Shown one piece after another: positions 12,265 to 28,055 of a stretch of 64,000 nt of DNA; the first letter of the stretch is position 1; each line of letters opens with the position of its first letter. The stretch lies in assembly GCA_964016885.1 (NCBI GenBank), contig OZ024753.1:43772001-43836000 (forward strand). Direction: 5' to 3'. The stretch is from Eledone cirrhosa (Eukaryota). A model generated the notes under the pieces. That model was not told the DNA's origin and made no database searches. It was given only the letters and a program-made list of their open reading frames with translations. The translations under genes were made by a program, and so were the position numbers.

Positions 12265-12605
12265 AATAATTGTTTCTACTTTTGGCACAAGGCCAGCAAT
12301 TACCCAGTGCATTACTGGTACTTTATTTTATCGACCCAGTAAGGATGAAAGGCAAAGTTGACCTCAGCGGGATTTGAACTCAGAATGGAAAGGGATGCAA
12401 CTCTTTGCTGCAAAGCATGGCGTCCGTCCCTCTACCGATACTGCCAATCCACCACCCTTCATGTTATGTTAAAATAATGGTTTCTGATTTAGGCTCAAGG
12501 CCAGCAACTTTGGGGAGGGGAAAGTTTATCTTATCGACCGCAGTACGTGACGGGTACTTTATTTTATTGACCCGTAAGGATGATAAGTGAAGCTAACCTT
12601 GGCGT
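12265..12605 (-). mobile_element. SINE family A (12265-12456) inserted at the tail of an older A copy (12475-12605)
   Basis: 18-bp TSD ATGTTATGTTAAAATAAT at 12253-12270 and 12461-12478. Confidence 0.85.
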
Positions 12606-13101
12606 TATGTTAAAGTAATGAGGACTAGAAAGATGCTGTCGCTGTGTATGTCTAAAGAAGTTGGTGTTAGGAAGGGAAACCAAAGACTTGAGATGTCTCC
12701 ACATTTACATCAAGGGCATGACTCTCTCTCTAATGTTGGTGGCACTAGAGATAAAACACACCCAATACACTCTGTAAAGTGGTTGGTGTTAGGAAGGGTA
12801 TCCCACTGTAGAAAACTTGTCAAACAAAGGTTTGAGGGGACTCTTCAGTTGTGTCAGAGTTATGAGAATATCCTTAGTGCTGGTGACACAAAATATGCAC
12901 TTGGGGCACTCTTTAGAGAAAGAAAATGCAGAATTGTTTGTAAGATGAGGCTCTCTGGCCCTTATGAGAGGTAAGTGACCTCGTTTAAATACTGGCTTGG
13001 TTTATGATGACCTAACAACCCTTGCTAGCAGGTGAAAATGGACGTTAAATGATGATGATGATAGGTTTTTATATTATTTGTACTTTCTGTAAATAAATGT
13101 G

Positions 13102-13143
<42 letters not shown>

Positions 13144-13643
13144 CCCCCCCCTTATCTTTCTCTCTTTTCTCTATTTCACTCTTCCCCCTATCTGTCTCTT
13201 TCTTCCCCCTATCTCTCTATTCCTCCCTTTCTAACTGTCTCTACCTCTCTCACTCTCTCTCTCTGTCTATGTGTGTGTCAAAGTAATGCCTATGAGTTGT
13301 TCAGTGTTCCTTATATAGTGAGAAGCTATGCAGTTAATCGGTGAGACACATTTTTCAAACTGGGGACCTATTTCAATATCAACTAAACATATATAATTCA
13401 CATGGAAGAAACATAGAACTTGGATTGCATTTATGTTTGGTAAAATATGGCTTCCTTTTAGTACACAGTCATCTCTGAGGCAATAATTTATTTTAATTTT
13501 TATTCCTCGAAGCAATTTTTTCACATTAAAAGTTTTTCACTTCAAAAATGTGTTCATATATATTTGGTATTACATTTGATATTCCAGTCACTGTAGAACT
13601 AGCGCTACAGTACCTAAGGACGATCATTTGATAAAATTGTCTT

Positions 13644-13970
<327 letters not shown>

Positions 13971-14481
13971 GGGAAAGAGAGGGAGAGAGAGAGAGGAATA
14001 ATCAACTATTATTTTGGTAAAGGTGAATAACAAGCTTGGTTCTTTTGCATTAATTAAATATATATATATATATTTAATTAATGCAAAAGAATGATGATGA
14101 TATATATATATACAAATACATAGTGTATATATACATATATATATATATATCTCATCATCATCACTTGGAATCGTCTTCCATGCTGGTATATATCTGATGG
14201 GTTTCCTTGGTTTGAGACTAGGGAAGTTTGATGATCACATCTTTCTCATATATTCTGTTTTTGGCATTGATGTCTACAGCTAGATGCTCCTCTCAATGCC
14301 AACTACTTTACAGAGTGGACTGGGTGTATTTTATTTTTGTTCAGCACTACCACTTTACAGAGTGGACTGGGTGTATTTTATTGTTGCATCTGCACTACCA
14401 CTTTACAGAGTGGACTGGGTGTATTTTAATCATGGCATATGACTGATGATGATGATGATGATTATTATTAATATTATTATT

Positions 14482-14703
14482 AGGCGGTGGATTGGCAGTA
14501 TCGGTAGAGCATTCGATAACATGCTTTGCAGCATAGAGTTACGGCTCTTTACGGTCTGAGTTCAAATCCCGCCGAGGTTAACTTTGCCTTTCATCCTTAC
14601 GGGGTCGATAAAATAAAGTACCAGTAATGCACTGGTGTCGATTTAATCGATTTTTCCCTCCCCTTCAAATTGCTGGCCTTGTGCCTAAAGTAGAAACAAT
14701 TAT
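14482..14703 (+). mobile_element. Full-length SINE family A (long form)
   Basis: Retains the internal TGTCGATTTAATCGA...CCCCTTCAAATT segment that is deleted in most young copies; sits in (ATT)n. Confidence 0.9.
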
Positions 14704-16537
14704 TATTATAATGATTGTGATATGATTAAGGGGGTGGAGATTGTTACTGTGAGAAATATATTACATTTATGGAAATACTATTAAATTTGTCAAGAACTCT
14801 ATGGAACACTTTTGTTCTTGAAGCAGTATTGTTCTGGTTTGGAAGTGACTTGGGAAGTTATTTCACTCTGCCATTTGTGACTTAAAAGCATGGAATCTTG
14901 GTGTTTTGTGGAAAAAATAAAACAAACAGAAAAAAAAAAAAGAACTCTTGAAACATTGACAGAAATTTCCTGCTCTTTTAGTGATTGTGTAGTGATTTTT
15001 CTATAGAACACCTGTGGTTCAAAGAAAATCTTTTCATCACAAACACCTGATTTTCATGAAGCAATTATTGATCTTCATGTTGAACTAACAACACACAAAA
15101 GCTCAATATATTTTTAAATATATATAAATAATACATAAAATATAAAATACATATAAAAATATATAAATAATATATAAAATACATATAAAACACATATAAA
15201 AATATATAAATAATACATAAAATATAAAATACATATAAAAATATATCAAACGAAAACAAAAAAAAGAAAAATGAAAATGTCTGATTCTTTAACGAAACAT
15301 TATAGCTTATATTGGATGTTGTAAAGATTGTTATGATTTTAATCTGTTACCAATCAATATCTTTGCAAATTATCTTGTTTCCTCATTGAAAGGTTTTCAC
15401 TTTTATTTCTTGGTTCATGTTGTTTTTCTTGGGATTATATAAAACTAATTTTGTTTGTTTGCTTTTATTTTATTTGTTGTTTATTTTGTCTGAATTTAAT
15501 TCTCTTTTGGCTTAGTTTATTTGATATCCGGAGTAATCTAAATCAAATTATTATGTTTTATACTTCAGAATGCAACCATATAACTTTATTAAGAGCTGTG
15601 ACATAAATTTGTATTGGTGCATTCTCTGGTCTTAACTCTTAACATCCTGTAATGATTTAGCAGAAAATATCTAAGAAATAAGATTATTAATTCAAATGTT
15701 TAAAGTATCATTACTAGTGGATAGATCATTGTAATAATTTACAGTAAAGATTTTAATTTTTCATGTGATGCAGTCATGCTTTTGTTAATTCAAATATTTA
15801 CAGAGTCTCTACTAGAGGATATACTTTTGTAAACATTTGTAGTTGCAGCCATAGTGCTGTATTGCATTTTCTAAAAATGTGTTCTTAATGTGCTTTCACA
15901 TGGTACAAGACATTAAACATTAAAACAAGTTAACCAGCAGATGGTATTTCTTTGTCTACTGTTTGATATATAGCACTGTCATATTTTCAATGAACCAGTC
16001 TAATAAATGAAGATATATATTTATTAGATCATTGTATTCTATTGATATTATGTTAACAGTATCACTTTATTGCTTGGCATTTAGTTTTCTCATTTATCAC
16101 CATATTTCTGCTAAAATACACTTCTTATGGTTTTCAAATCATAATTTTGAAAATAATCAAGAATTTAGTAGGATTTAGTAATACAACTAAACCTGACCAA
16201 ATGTTACTTTTCTATACAGATCTGCTCTTCTTTATCCCTTCTCTTTATTTTTAAATTCTTTTTTTATTATTTCCACTGTTGTGGAAATTATTAAGATGCT
16301 GGCTGCAACATAACTTCGAATTAAGAGACAGTCACATATTTCTGAGCAGAAATATTTTACCATTTTATCACTAAGCTAACTTTAAAGAATTAATAGACTC
16401 ATACTTCTAAGCAGGAGTATTTGGCCAATAAGCTAACACTAAATAAATAAGAGAGAGACACACTCTTCCGTATAAGAAATAGTCTTCTACAAAGCTAACA
16501 TTAAATAAATAAGCAAGCAACATACTCTTCTCATTTT

Positions 16538-16968
16538 ACATAAATAAGAGACATCCACTCTTCTAAGCAGAAGTCGTCTACCACAAAGCTAACAATTTAC
16601 ATAAATAAGAGACATACACACTTCTAAGCAGAGGTATTCTACCACAAAGCTAACAATTTACATAAATAAGAGACATACACACTTCTAAGCAGAGGTATTC
16701 TACCACCAAGCTAACAATTTACATAAATAAGAGACATACACACTTCTAAGCAGAGGTATTCTACCACCAAGCTAACATATTACATAAATAAGAGACATCC
16801 ACTCTTCTAAGCAGAGGTATTCTACCACCAAGCTAACATTTTACATAAATAAGAGACATACACACTTCTAAGCAGAGGTATTCTACCACCAAGCTAACAT
16901 ATTACATAAATAAGAGACATCCACTCTTCTAAGCAGAAGTCGTCTGCCACAAAGCTAACAATTTACAT
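16538..16968. repeat. 61-bp minisatellite, 7 copies (degenerate copies back to about 16320)
   Basis: ATAAATAAGAGAC recurs at 16540, 16601, 16662, 16723, 16784, 16845 and 16906. Confidence 0.9.
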
Positions 16969-17360
16969 CAGTCTAACATTGTTTTACTTCAATTGTATTT
17001 TTTCAGTGTTCTTCAAAAATGTGCGAAGATCACAGCATATTATTTCTTTTTCTATTGAAGTCATTAAAGTTAATGAGCCAGTGATTGCTATAGCTAATTA
17101 CAAAATAGTTAAATTACAAAATTACAGACATTCCAGGCTTTGCTATATTTCCCATGTGTATGGAGAAGAGTTTAACTGTGTTTTTAAAACAAAATTGAGT
17201 TTTTGGCCAAACAAAAGAAATAATTACAACATTTTAAATAACTGTATAAGGAATTACATGTTGTTAGGAATGTATTCTATGGTTCCAAGATTTCTTTCTT
17301 CAATTTACTGCTATTTACAGCTACCAATGTAGCTATCAGAGAGATTTGCATACTACAGTA

Positions 17361-17963
17361 GCACTACCACCACCACCATCACCACCACCACTACCATCAC
17401 CACCACCACCACTACCACCATCATCATCATCACTACCACCATCATCATCATCACTACCACCACCATCAGCATCACCACCACCACCATCATCAGCATCACT
17501 ACCACCACCACCATCATCAGCATCACTACCACCATCATCATCATCATCATCATCATCACCATCATCATCATCACTACCACCACCACCACCATGATCATCA
17601 TCACCATCATCAGCATCACCACCACCATGATCATCATCACCATCATCAGCATCACCACCACCACCATCATCATCAGCATCACCACCACCATCATCATCAT
17701 CACCACCACCATCATTGTCATCACCACCACCACCATCGTCATCACTACCACCACCACCACCATGATCATCATCACCATCATCAGCATCACCACTACCATG
17801 ATCATCATCATCATCATCATCATCATCACCACCACCACCACCACCACCACCACCACCACCACCACCACCATCATCACTACCACCACCACCACCATGATCA
17901 TCATCACCATCATCAGCATCACCACCACCATGATCATCATCACCATCATCAGCATCACCACCA
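17361..17963. repeat. (CAC/CAT)n trinucleotide tract
   Basis: Direct reading. Confidence 0.95.
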
Positions 17964-18281
17964 TTTTACATCCATTACAGGTAGAATCACAATATCCTAT
18001 TCATACATCCTATAACATATGTTAAATATCAAATATTTTTCTTTAGTTTCTTTATACTAAGAGATGTAATCAATACATTGACAATAATTATACAATTCAA
18101 TACCGATGGATTGATTGGAGTGCAAATTATATAAAAATCAAGCATGCTTACTGATATTTGCTTTCTTCAAGCAAATCCTATTACCAGAGCTGACAAATAA
18201 GAAATATTACCTATAAGAGAAACAAACTCCTTATGAACTTCCAATAATCTTGAAAATAATTAACAATTGGGAGGAATTTAT

Positions 18282-18646
18282 AATAATTGTTTCTACGTTA
18301 GGCACAAGGCCAGCAATTACCCAGTGTATTACTGGTACTAGTGAAGGCGTGTGGCTGAGGGGTTAGAGAATTGGATTCGCAATCGTAAGGTTGTGAGTTC
18401 GATTCCTGGACCAGGCGATGCGTTATGTCCTTGAGCAAGACACTTTATTTCACGTTGCTCCTTCTACCTGGAGTTGCGACCGATAGAGAGTATTAGCAAT
18501 TGGAAAGACCAACGGAAACATTGTTCCCTCGGTCCGATTTGACGAAAGTCGATCGTTCCTCTCTTACTGGTACTTTATTTTATCGACCCCGTAAGGATGA
18601 AAGGGAAAGTCAACCTCGGCGGGATTTGAACTCGGATCGTAAAGGG
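18282..18646 (-). mobile_element. 5'-truncated SINE A interrupted by SINE B2
   Basis: 19-bp TSD GGGAGGAATTTATAATAAT at 18269-18287 and 18644-18662. Confidence 0.9.
18340..18563 (+). mobile_element. Full-length SINE B2 nested in SINE A
   Basis: tRNA-like head with GAGTTCGATTCC B-box; 11-bp TSD TTACTGGTACT at 18329-18339 and 18564-18574. Confidence 0.9.
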
Positions 18647-18723
18647 AGGAATTTATAATAATATAAGATGATAATAATTAATATAATAAGAATCAACGTA
18701 AAACAGTGATGATGATCATGATA

Positions 18724-18916
18724 TAATAATTGTTTCTGCTATTGGCACAAGGCCAGCAATTACCCCAGTGTATTACTGGTACTTTATTTTATCGACCCCC
18801 GTAAGGATGAAAGGCAAAGTTAACCTCGGCGGGATTTGAACTCAGACCGTAAAGGGCCGTATCTCTATACTGCAAAGCATGGCGTTCGACCCTCAACTGA
18901 TACTGTCAATCCACCA
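18724..18916 (-). mobile_element. SINE family A
   Basis: Reverse-complement consensus match. Confidence 0.9.
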
Positions 18917-19537
18917 TACTTATTAATTAATAATATATTAAGTTGTAACATAAATTCCTGCCGTTGTTATAATTTGTTTGCTTTCAAAGACGGCGGGTAT
19001 TTATGTTACAACCTAATAATAATAATAATACAACTAAGATTCTTATTATTAGGTTGTTATTTGGAACATAAAAGGTTTGATATGAAATTATTATTTGATG
19101 GAAGGTTTTTTTTGATAAATGGTATGGCATGGTGCTGTAACTTCTGATAGAGGCGTAGGGGCACCATAACGACATACAGAATCTCTTGAGTATTCCAAGC
19201 CTGGCAGAATCCTTCCTTCCTTCTCCAATCTGTGATAAATACAATCGCTGTAAAATAAACAACATTCTATCATAGAACCAGACGCAGTTTCATGTAAATT
19301 GGTTTCGAAATGGTTAACTATATTGATACCAAATGGTTTGAAACTGGCTCTTTACCGTTTTTACAACAAGTATAAGCGTGTGTGGTTGGAAGAGATAAAC
19401 GTCTCTTGTTTAGTTTCTTACAGAGAGATTCATGGTTTGAATGGAGTGGATGGAATAAACATAGGAAAATCATATTGAATGAGACAAGCATTAGGATATA
19501 TTATGTAGTTATATATATATATATATGTGTGTATGTA

Positions 19538-19586
<49 letters not shown>

Positions 19587-19615
19587 ATATATGTATATAT
19601 ATATGTGTGTATATA

Positions 19616-19658
<43 letters not shown>

Positions 19659-19903
19659 ATATATATATGTGTGTATATATATGTATATATATATATGTAT
19701 ATATATATGTATATATATATATATGTGTATATATGTATATATATATGTGTATATATGTATATATATATGTATATATATATATATATGTGTATATATGTAT
19801 ATATATATGTATATATATATATATATATATATGTGTATATATGTATATATATATATGTGTATATATATGTATATATATATATGTGTATATATATGTATAT
19901 ATA

Positions 19904-19970
<67 letters not shown>

Positions 19971-20194
19971 ATATATATATATATATATATTTCCTGTAAG
20001 TATGTATGATTTTTTCTACATATGCTCATAAAAGTCATGCATACTTTTGTAAAAAACATCAATGGCTGACAAAAAAGATTAGAATCTGCTGGAAGAGCAT
20101 GGGTGAGGTACGGTGGCGTAGAGTGGGGTAGGGGAGGATATTAAAAGAGGGGATGTTAAGAAAGGTAACTTCCTTGTTTTAAAAAACTCTACTT

Positions 20195-21400
20195 ACATGC
20201 ATATATACACATACATCTGTACTTACATGCACACATACATATCCATATATACACTACACATATACATACATGCACACATACATATCCATATATACACTAC
20301 ACATATACATACATGCACACATACATATCCATATATACACCACACATATACATACATGCACACATACATATCCATATATACACCACACATATACATACAT
20401 GCACACATACATATCCATATATACACCACACATATACTTACATGCACACATACATATCCATATATACACCACACATATACATACATGCACACATACATAT
20501 CCATATATACACTACACATATACATACATGCACACATACATATCCATATATACACCACACATATACATACATGCACACATACATATCCATATACACCATA
20601 CACATATACATATATGCACACATACATATCCATATATACACCACACATATACTTCCATGCACACATACATATCCATATATACACCACACATATACATACA
20701 TGCACACATACATATCCATATATACACCACACATATACATACATGCACACATACATATCCATATATACACCACACATATACTTACATGCACACATACATA
20801 TCCATATATACACCACACATATACATACATGCACACATATATATCCATATATACACCACATATATACATATATGCACACATATATATCCATATATACACC
20901 ACACATACATACATACACCACACACATATACATATATGCACACATACATATACATATATGCACACATACATACATGCACACATACATATCCATATACACC
21001 ACACATATACATATATGCACACATATGTATCCATATATACACCACACATATACATACATGCGCACATACATATCCATATATACCCCACACATATACATAT
21101 ATTCACACATCCATATACACCATACACATATACATATATGCACACATACATATCCATATACACCACACATATACATATATGCACGTATCCATATATATAC
21201 ACCACACATATACATACATGCACACACACATCCATATATCCACCACACATATACATACATCCACACATACATATCCATATATACATCACACATATACATA
21301 CATGCACACACACATATCCATATATATACACCACACATATACATACATGCACACATATGTATCCATATACACTACACATATAAACACACGCATATAGATA
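20195..21400. repeat. 43-bp CA/TA-rich minisatellite
   Basis: Unit CATGCACACATACATATCCATATATACACCACACATATACATA with period 43, decaying to the right. Confidence 0.9.
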
Positions 21401-21685
21401 CATAAATACATACACTCATACAATTAGGAAAAAGAATTCTAACGAAGGAAAGTAAATTATGAAAATGTTCAAATGAAATATTTTTACTTATAAACTAAAT
21501 ATTTCAGAAAAAAAAATATATACATCCATAATATGTTTATTCATGTTTCATGGATCAGGGAGGGGGTGGAGGGTGGGGAGGGGAGAGGGAGGGGGGAGGG
21601 AGCTAGAGAGGGGGAGGGAGAGGGGGAGGGAGAGAGAGAGAGGGAGAGAGAAGCTTTCATATAGCAGGGGAAGTAATAACAATAT

Positions 21686-21960
21686 TGAGACCTATGGCCC
21701 AGTGGTAAGTATGTTGGACTTACAGCAATGTCATGAGTTCAATTCCAGGACTGAGTTGTGTGTTGTGTTCTTGAGCAAAACACTTCATTTCACATTGCTC
21801 CAGTTTAGTCTGTTTAAAATGAGTACCAGCAATAGCTGGGGGTAAACCCTGCGATGGACTGGCGTCCTGTCCAGGGGGAAGTCTTGTATGCTCTGCCACT
21901 TAATACCACAGAAACTGAGATAAACTCCAGCCCAACAAACCAGTGGACTCGAGACAGACT
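21686..21960 (+). mobile_element. SINE B head with V-domain-like body (variant B3)
   Basis: CCCTGCGATGGACTGGCGTCCTGTCCAGGGG motif (V-domain, from recall); homologues at 39170-39432 and 53052-53247. Confidence 0.7.
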
Positions 21961-22000
21961 ATAGAATAACAGTGTGACGTAGAAGAAAGAAAAGTTCACA

Positions 22001-22060
<60 letters not shown>

Positions 22061-22113
22061 CTTTATATATATGTATGTATATTTATCTATCTATCTATCT
22101 ATCTATATATATG

Positions 22114-22269
<156 letters not shown>

Positions 22270-24697
22270 ATATATGTGTATATGTATATCTATATATAAA
22301 ATAAACAAATATATAATATAATGTAATGCAGTGTCTTCTTTTTTTATTATATTTTAATTTAATTTCATTTTTGATAATCTATAATAGAAAGATAAATAAA
22401 AATAATTGAATAAATTATATGAATTGTGCATCTGCAGATATAAGATAGCTTGAAAATAATAGGGAGAATAAACTGGAGAAAAAGACCATACCCTCACAAA
22501 TGCTTTTCTATAATATGCCATGAATTTGATAAAGTAGGGGTAGTATTGTGGAGATATTGATGTATCTACGCATACATAGAAAAGTGTAACACTAGGATGA
22601 TGTTATTTAATCCTTTATCTGCTTCTAAGAAAGCTGCATATTAACCCATTAAATATATATTTTCACCTTAACTTACAGTGAAAAATATAATCTTTTCTTT
22701 GAGACAACTCAAAGGCTTTGAGAGGAATCGGCAGAGAAGAAATTTCTAATGGAATTCTATAGGGTCTTCTGGCATTCGAGATATCGTACATCTTTCGTCA
22801 AGCTATTCAAATGGCTTTTTCACACCATATCACTGTCTCAATGTTTTTTTTCTCATTCTCTGTTTCTCTGTGTTTGCATGAATGTGCATTATTTATATAT
22901 CTCTCTCTCTATATATATACACATACATGTTTATGCATATATATGTATATGTATATATATATGTGTATATATATATGTGTATATATATGTATGTATACAT
23001 ACACACACTCAACGTTGTGTACATATTTCTCCCTGTAGCACATGTATATAGATTTGTGTGTGTCTGTGTACATTCATGCATGAAATTCTGTTTTCATAGA
23101 TATATTATTCAATATCTTATTTTAAGACTGATGTGTATGCTCATGCTAGGAAAAAATTAGTCTATTTATGCATTTATGCAATATATACTTAGTCATACAT
23201 GAACATATGAATTATGTATGCATGCATGCATATATAAATGGATGAATTCTGTATACATACATTATGCATGTATCATATACATTTCAAAAATGTTATTGTA
23301 TACAGTGGTTGTATTTGGTCAGTCTCTGAACTCCTTGAGATGTTGTAAGCACACACTTATCACATGTTATTGATACAGTATATTAATGGCAAGGAAAGCA
23401 TGTTGCAAAGTGGTTAAAGTGTTGGGATCATATCTTTAAGGTCAATGGTATGGTTCCAAGTCTAGCTAGCGTGTTGTGCTGCCCTTCAGCAAGACACTTT
23501 ATTTCATGTTGCTTCAGTTTGCTCTGCTGAAAAATAAAGAAATGAGTTACCAAGCATTATCTAGCGGGTTTTGGTTTCTTATTGGACAATCTTGGTGATG
23601 TGGAGGGTGGCATGCATTGATGACTGCTTTTCTACCACAAACAAAACCAACTTTACCCAGAAATTTTGATCCAGATAATATATTTTCACCCTGCAGTCTG
23701 ATAAGCTGACAAAACAAGTTCTTGTACTGTCTACATTCACCCACACCGAACCTTGTGATCGGTCACAACACTATACGACCCTCTCCACCACTTCAGATAT
23801 TTTCCACAACACTATGACACAGCAATGATGTTTAGTAATTTATTTATTGATTGCAGGCAATTATTATATAAGTTACACAAATTTATATAAAACTGTGATC
23901 ATTTAAGGTTCAGTAATGTGCTTTTATGATGTCTGAGCCCAAGTTGCCTGCCTTGTTGATCTTAATGGTAGCACAACTCCTGTATGAGATCCGTGCCCTA
24001 GATACCTGCTGAGTGGGCCTTAATGGTAGCACCAGCCCTGGATAAGCATAGTGTGTAGGATATATCTGAAGTCAATCTTTGTCATCTTATCATGTTTTGA
24101 AATCTATGACTAATTACTCAGTCCGGCTTTAATTTCTAGATTACACAACTTCACTTTCATCATAAATCACTTGAAACTAAAGCAGCAATGTAACAACTTC
24201 CATTTTTGCTGCTCTTCGCCTCTCTCTCTCTCTCTTTCTACCCCCTCTCTCTCTCTATCTCTCTCTCTCTCTTTGTCTCCTTCACACTATATATATGATA
24301 TAGCATTACTAATTACTGGTTAATAAATCTGATTCATTACAATTTTATTATCATTATATTTGCATAAATAGAACATAAAGTAGAGCATAGGTCAACTTAA
24401 GTAACAATTAACCCATTTCAAACAACAATGATAACAGGATGTAATAATGATTATAGTATTGATCTGAAATAGCCGAAGCTGAGATATTACAATATGATTA
24501 CAGCAAAGTAATGTGAAATATTCTGATACATCTTCCTTGTTTTGCTTTGTTGATAAACAAATACTCTATTGATGGCTCCTTTTATGAGATTATTTTCCTC
24601 AATTTTGGACATTTTCCTTTATCTTTCACGAAAAGCAAAAAAAAAAAGAAAGGTTTCCTGAGCCTACAACCTCGAAATAGACTTTAGACTTTGGACA

Positions 24698-25133
24698 CCA
24701 TCATCACCGTTTTACGTCCGTTCTTCCACGCTAGCATGGGTTAGATGGGTTGTCCTGTTGTGGGCAGTGTCTGGTCGGCTTACCATGCCTTGCTCATACA
24801 GGAACTGATTCTGGCTTGATTTCTACAGCTGGATGCCCTTCCTAACACCAACCTCATTTACAGTGAGTGCTGGGTGCTTTTTTGTCGTGGCACCTCCACG
24901 ATCACTTTACAGTGTGGGTTGGGTGCTTTTTTGCTGTGGCACCTCCACGACTACTTTGCAGTGGAATGATAGGGACCCCAGCCCTATCATCTCATTTCTA
25001 CAGCTGTGTAAACTGGAGCAATGTGAAATAAAGTGTCTTGCTCAAGGAAACAACACATCACCCGGTCCGAGAATTGAACTCACAACCTTTCGATTGCAAG
25101 CCCAATGCTCTAACCACTAAGCCATGCGCCTTC
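24698..25133 (-). mobile_element. Full-length SINE family B1
   Basis: Reverse complement of 4131-4573 with high identity. Confidence 0.9.
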
Positions 25134-26034
25134 ACCATATATACGCAAATAAGACCATTATTGCTTCTATTTGTCTACTCACCCTCAGCAAACATCCTAA
25201 ACTAAATGCCAGCCTGTATCCCACCAGACTCAGCTTCTGCAACAAAACCTTAACTCTTTCGTATTTACATTAAAATGGAGGGGTGGAGAGGGCCCTGGAG
25301 TCCAGTAAGACAACCTCTCTAGTGCTGGTGGCACGAATAAAAGTACCCAGTCCATGCTGTAAAGTGGTGCTGGTGTTAGGAAGGGCAGCCAACCAGTATA
25401 TATTGATGTCAAGAACTATGAGCACAATTACTCTATATTTATTATTGTATTTTCGTAGTAAAGGCTTTACCTCACATAATTATCTCACATAATATCAAAC
25501 CTGTGAAATTTTGATGTTATTTATTTTGAGAACACCTTAACATCAGTATGTGTGGCTGGTTACAGCCGGTTTGAACAGAAACAGGTGAGAGGATTCTAGC
25601 TGGATACAGCTGGTTTAAATGCTAAAGGGTTAATAACCACCCAATGTAGAAGACATACATTATCAGGCTGCAGCTGTCATATTACATAGTTTCTATATTA
25701 AAAAACCCAATGTGATTATCATCTGCAGCAACCCTTACCCTATTATATAATAAGCCTTGCTCTATCCTCTTCTGTATACCCCTGACCTTAAACCCTCAAG
25801 ATATCCACTAAGACGTAGAGTTCTTTCAGCAGATATTTGGTTTTTATCAGAGTATCTGCAGCAATGGAAACTGTGAAATTTATAAATCATTTGATGTTAT
25901 TCCATTGACCAGCTTTTCTGAACTAAATTGTCCAAATAATACACACAACTCTTGCTCATGACATTGATATATAGTATGGTGTTTATAGCATTGGTTCCTT
26001 CTCCCACCCACCACTACACACGCATGTATATATG

Positions 26035-26067
<33 letters not shown>

Positions 26068-26259
26068 ATATATTATATATATATATATATTATACATATA
26101 TATATATATACATTATATATATATACATATATATATATACACATATATATACACATATATATACACACAGTCACACACTGTCTCAAATATATACATAGAG
26201 ATACAGGCTCACATAATACAGCCATACATACACATACAGAGGGAGATAGAATCACACAA

Positions 26260-26681
26260 ACACACACATACTGATTCACACACACACATACTGATTCACA
26301 CAAACACACACATACTGATTCACACAAACACACACACATACTGATTCACACAAACACACACACATACTGATTCACACAAACACACACACATACTGATTCA
26401 CACAAACACACACACACATACTGATTCACACAAACACACACACACATACTGATTCACACAAACACACACACATACTGATTCACACAAACACACACACACA
26501 TACTGATTCACACAAACACACACACACATACTGATTCACACAGACACACACACACATACTGATTCACACAAACACACACACACATACTGATTCACACAAA
26601 CACACACACACATACTGATTCACACAAACACACACACACATACTGATTCACACAAACACACACACACATACTGATTCACAC
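26260..26681. repeat. 24-26-bp minisatellite ACTGATTCACACAAA(CA)nT
   Basis: About 16 copies; direct reading. Confidence 0.9.
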
Positions 26682-26873
26682 TTACTCATACACACATACT
26701 CATACACACATACTCATACACACACAGACAGACAGAAAGAATCACGCCCACACATACACATCCACAGATTCACATAATACAGCCATGCAGAAACATACAG
26801 ATGGAGATAGAATCACACAAATGCACACACACACACACACACACACACAAAGATTCACACACCAACACACATA

Positions 26874-26909
<36 letters not shown>

Positions 26910-27451
26910 TTTACACACAGTGATAGTCTTACACGTCAACATTTCTTGACTCACATAATTACAGCCACACACATACTGACACATACACCGACACACAGGC
27001 AGTGAGAGACACACACACAGACACACAGACAGGCTGACACACACACAGACACACAGACAGGCTGACACACACACAGACACACAGACAGAGCCCCAGAGCC
27101 CCAGAGACAAACTAACACAGACCAACATTCATTGTTACTTCTGGGTATTCCACCAATTCTTGCCCCAACTTCCTCCGTTCCAACATTAACGAGGATATTA
27201 CAGTTATGGCATGATAAACTAAACAACTTTTGTCTAATTAGTTTTCAGCATAATTGACATATTCACAATACATTTAATCAGAATTAATCAGGTACCTAAT
27301 TCTTTAATTACAATCAAAATACAATCATTTATTACGAAAATGACCAATATTCCAACTTCTCAAGCTTCGTTTTCTTACTTTGGATTCTAGTCTTTTTTTC
27401 TTTTTTGTTTTGTTGTATTTTTTCTAAATTTATTTTGTTTTATTCAACACC

Positions 27452-28055
27452 CCAGCACCACCACCACCATCACCACCACCATCACCCTACACTGGCATCA
27501 CCACCACCACCACCATCACCCTACACTGGCATCACCACCACCATCACCCTACACTGGCATCACCACCACCACCACCATCACCCTACACTGGCATCACCAC
27601 CACCACCACCATCACCCTACACTGGCATCACCACCACCACCACCATCACCCTACACTGGCATCACCGCCAACACCACCACCACCACCACCCCTCCACCTG
27701 CCACAGCCACCACCATCACCCCACCTGCCATCACCAACAACCACCGCCACCACCCGCCGTCACCACCAACCTACCCCATACTGCCACCACCACCATCAAC
27801 CTACCCCATACTGCCACCACCACCATCAACCTACCCCATACTGCCACCACCACCATCAACCTTCCCCATAATGCCACCACCACCACCACCATCACCCTAA
27901 CCCCCCATCCCCCCAACCACCACCACCACCACCATCACCACCACACACTGCCACAATCCAACAACACCACCTTCCCTAACCCCCCCCCCACACACACACA
28001 CCACCACCACCAACACCCTACACCACCACCACCACCACCACCTCACACCACCACC
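27452..28055. repeat. CAC-rich compound repeat (CCCTACACTGGCAT-spaced and 30-bp units)
   Basis: Direct reading. Confidence 0.9.

Noticed and set aside
19382-21415. Long YI/HT/CV-rich ORFs (also near 13.6, 32.4 and 59.8 kb) and poly-H/V/T/F/R ORFs
   Set aside because: Microsatellite translations.
21557-21650. G-quadruplex regulatory element
   Set aside because: The G-runs are part of a degenerate (GA)n/GGGA microsatellite, which is common in this window.
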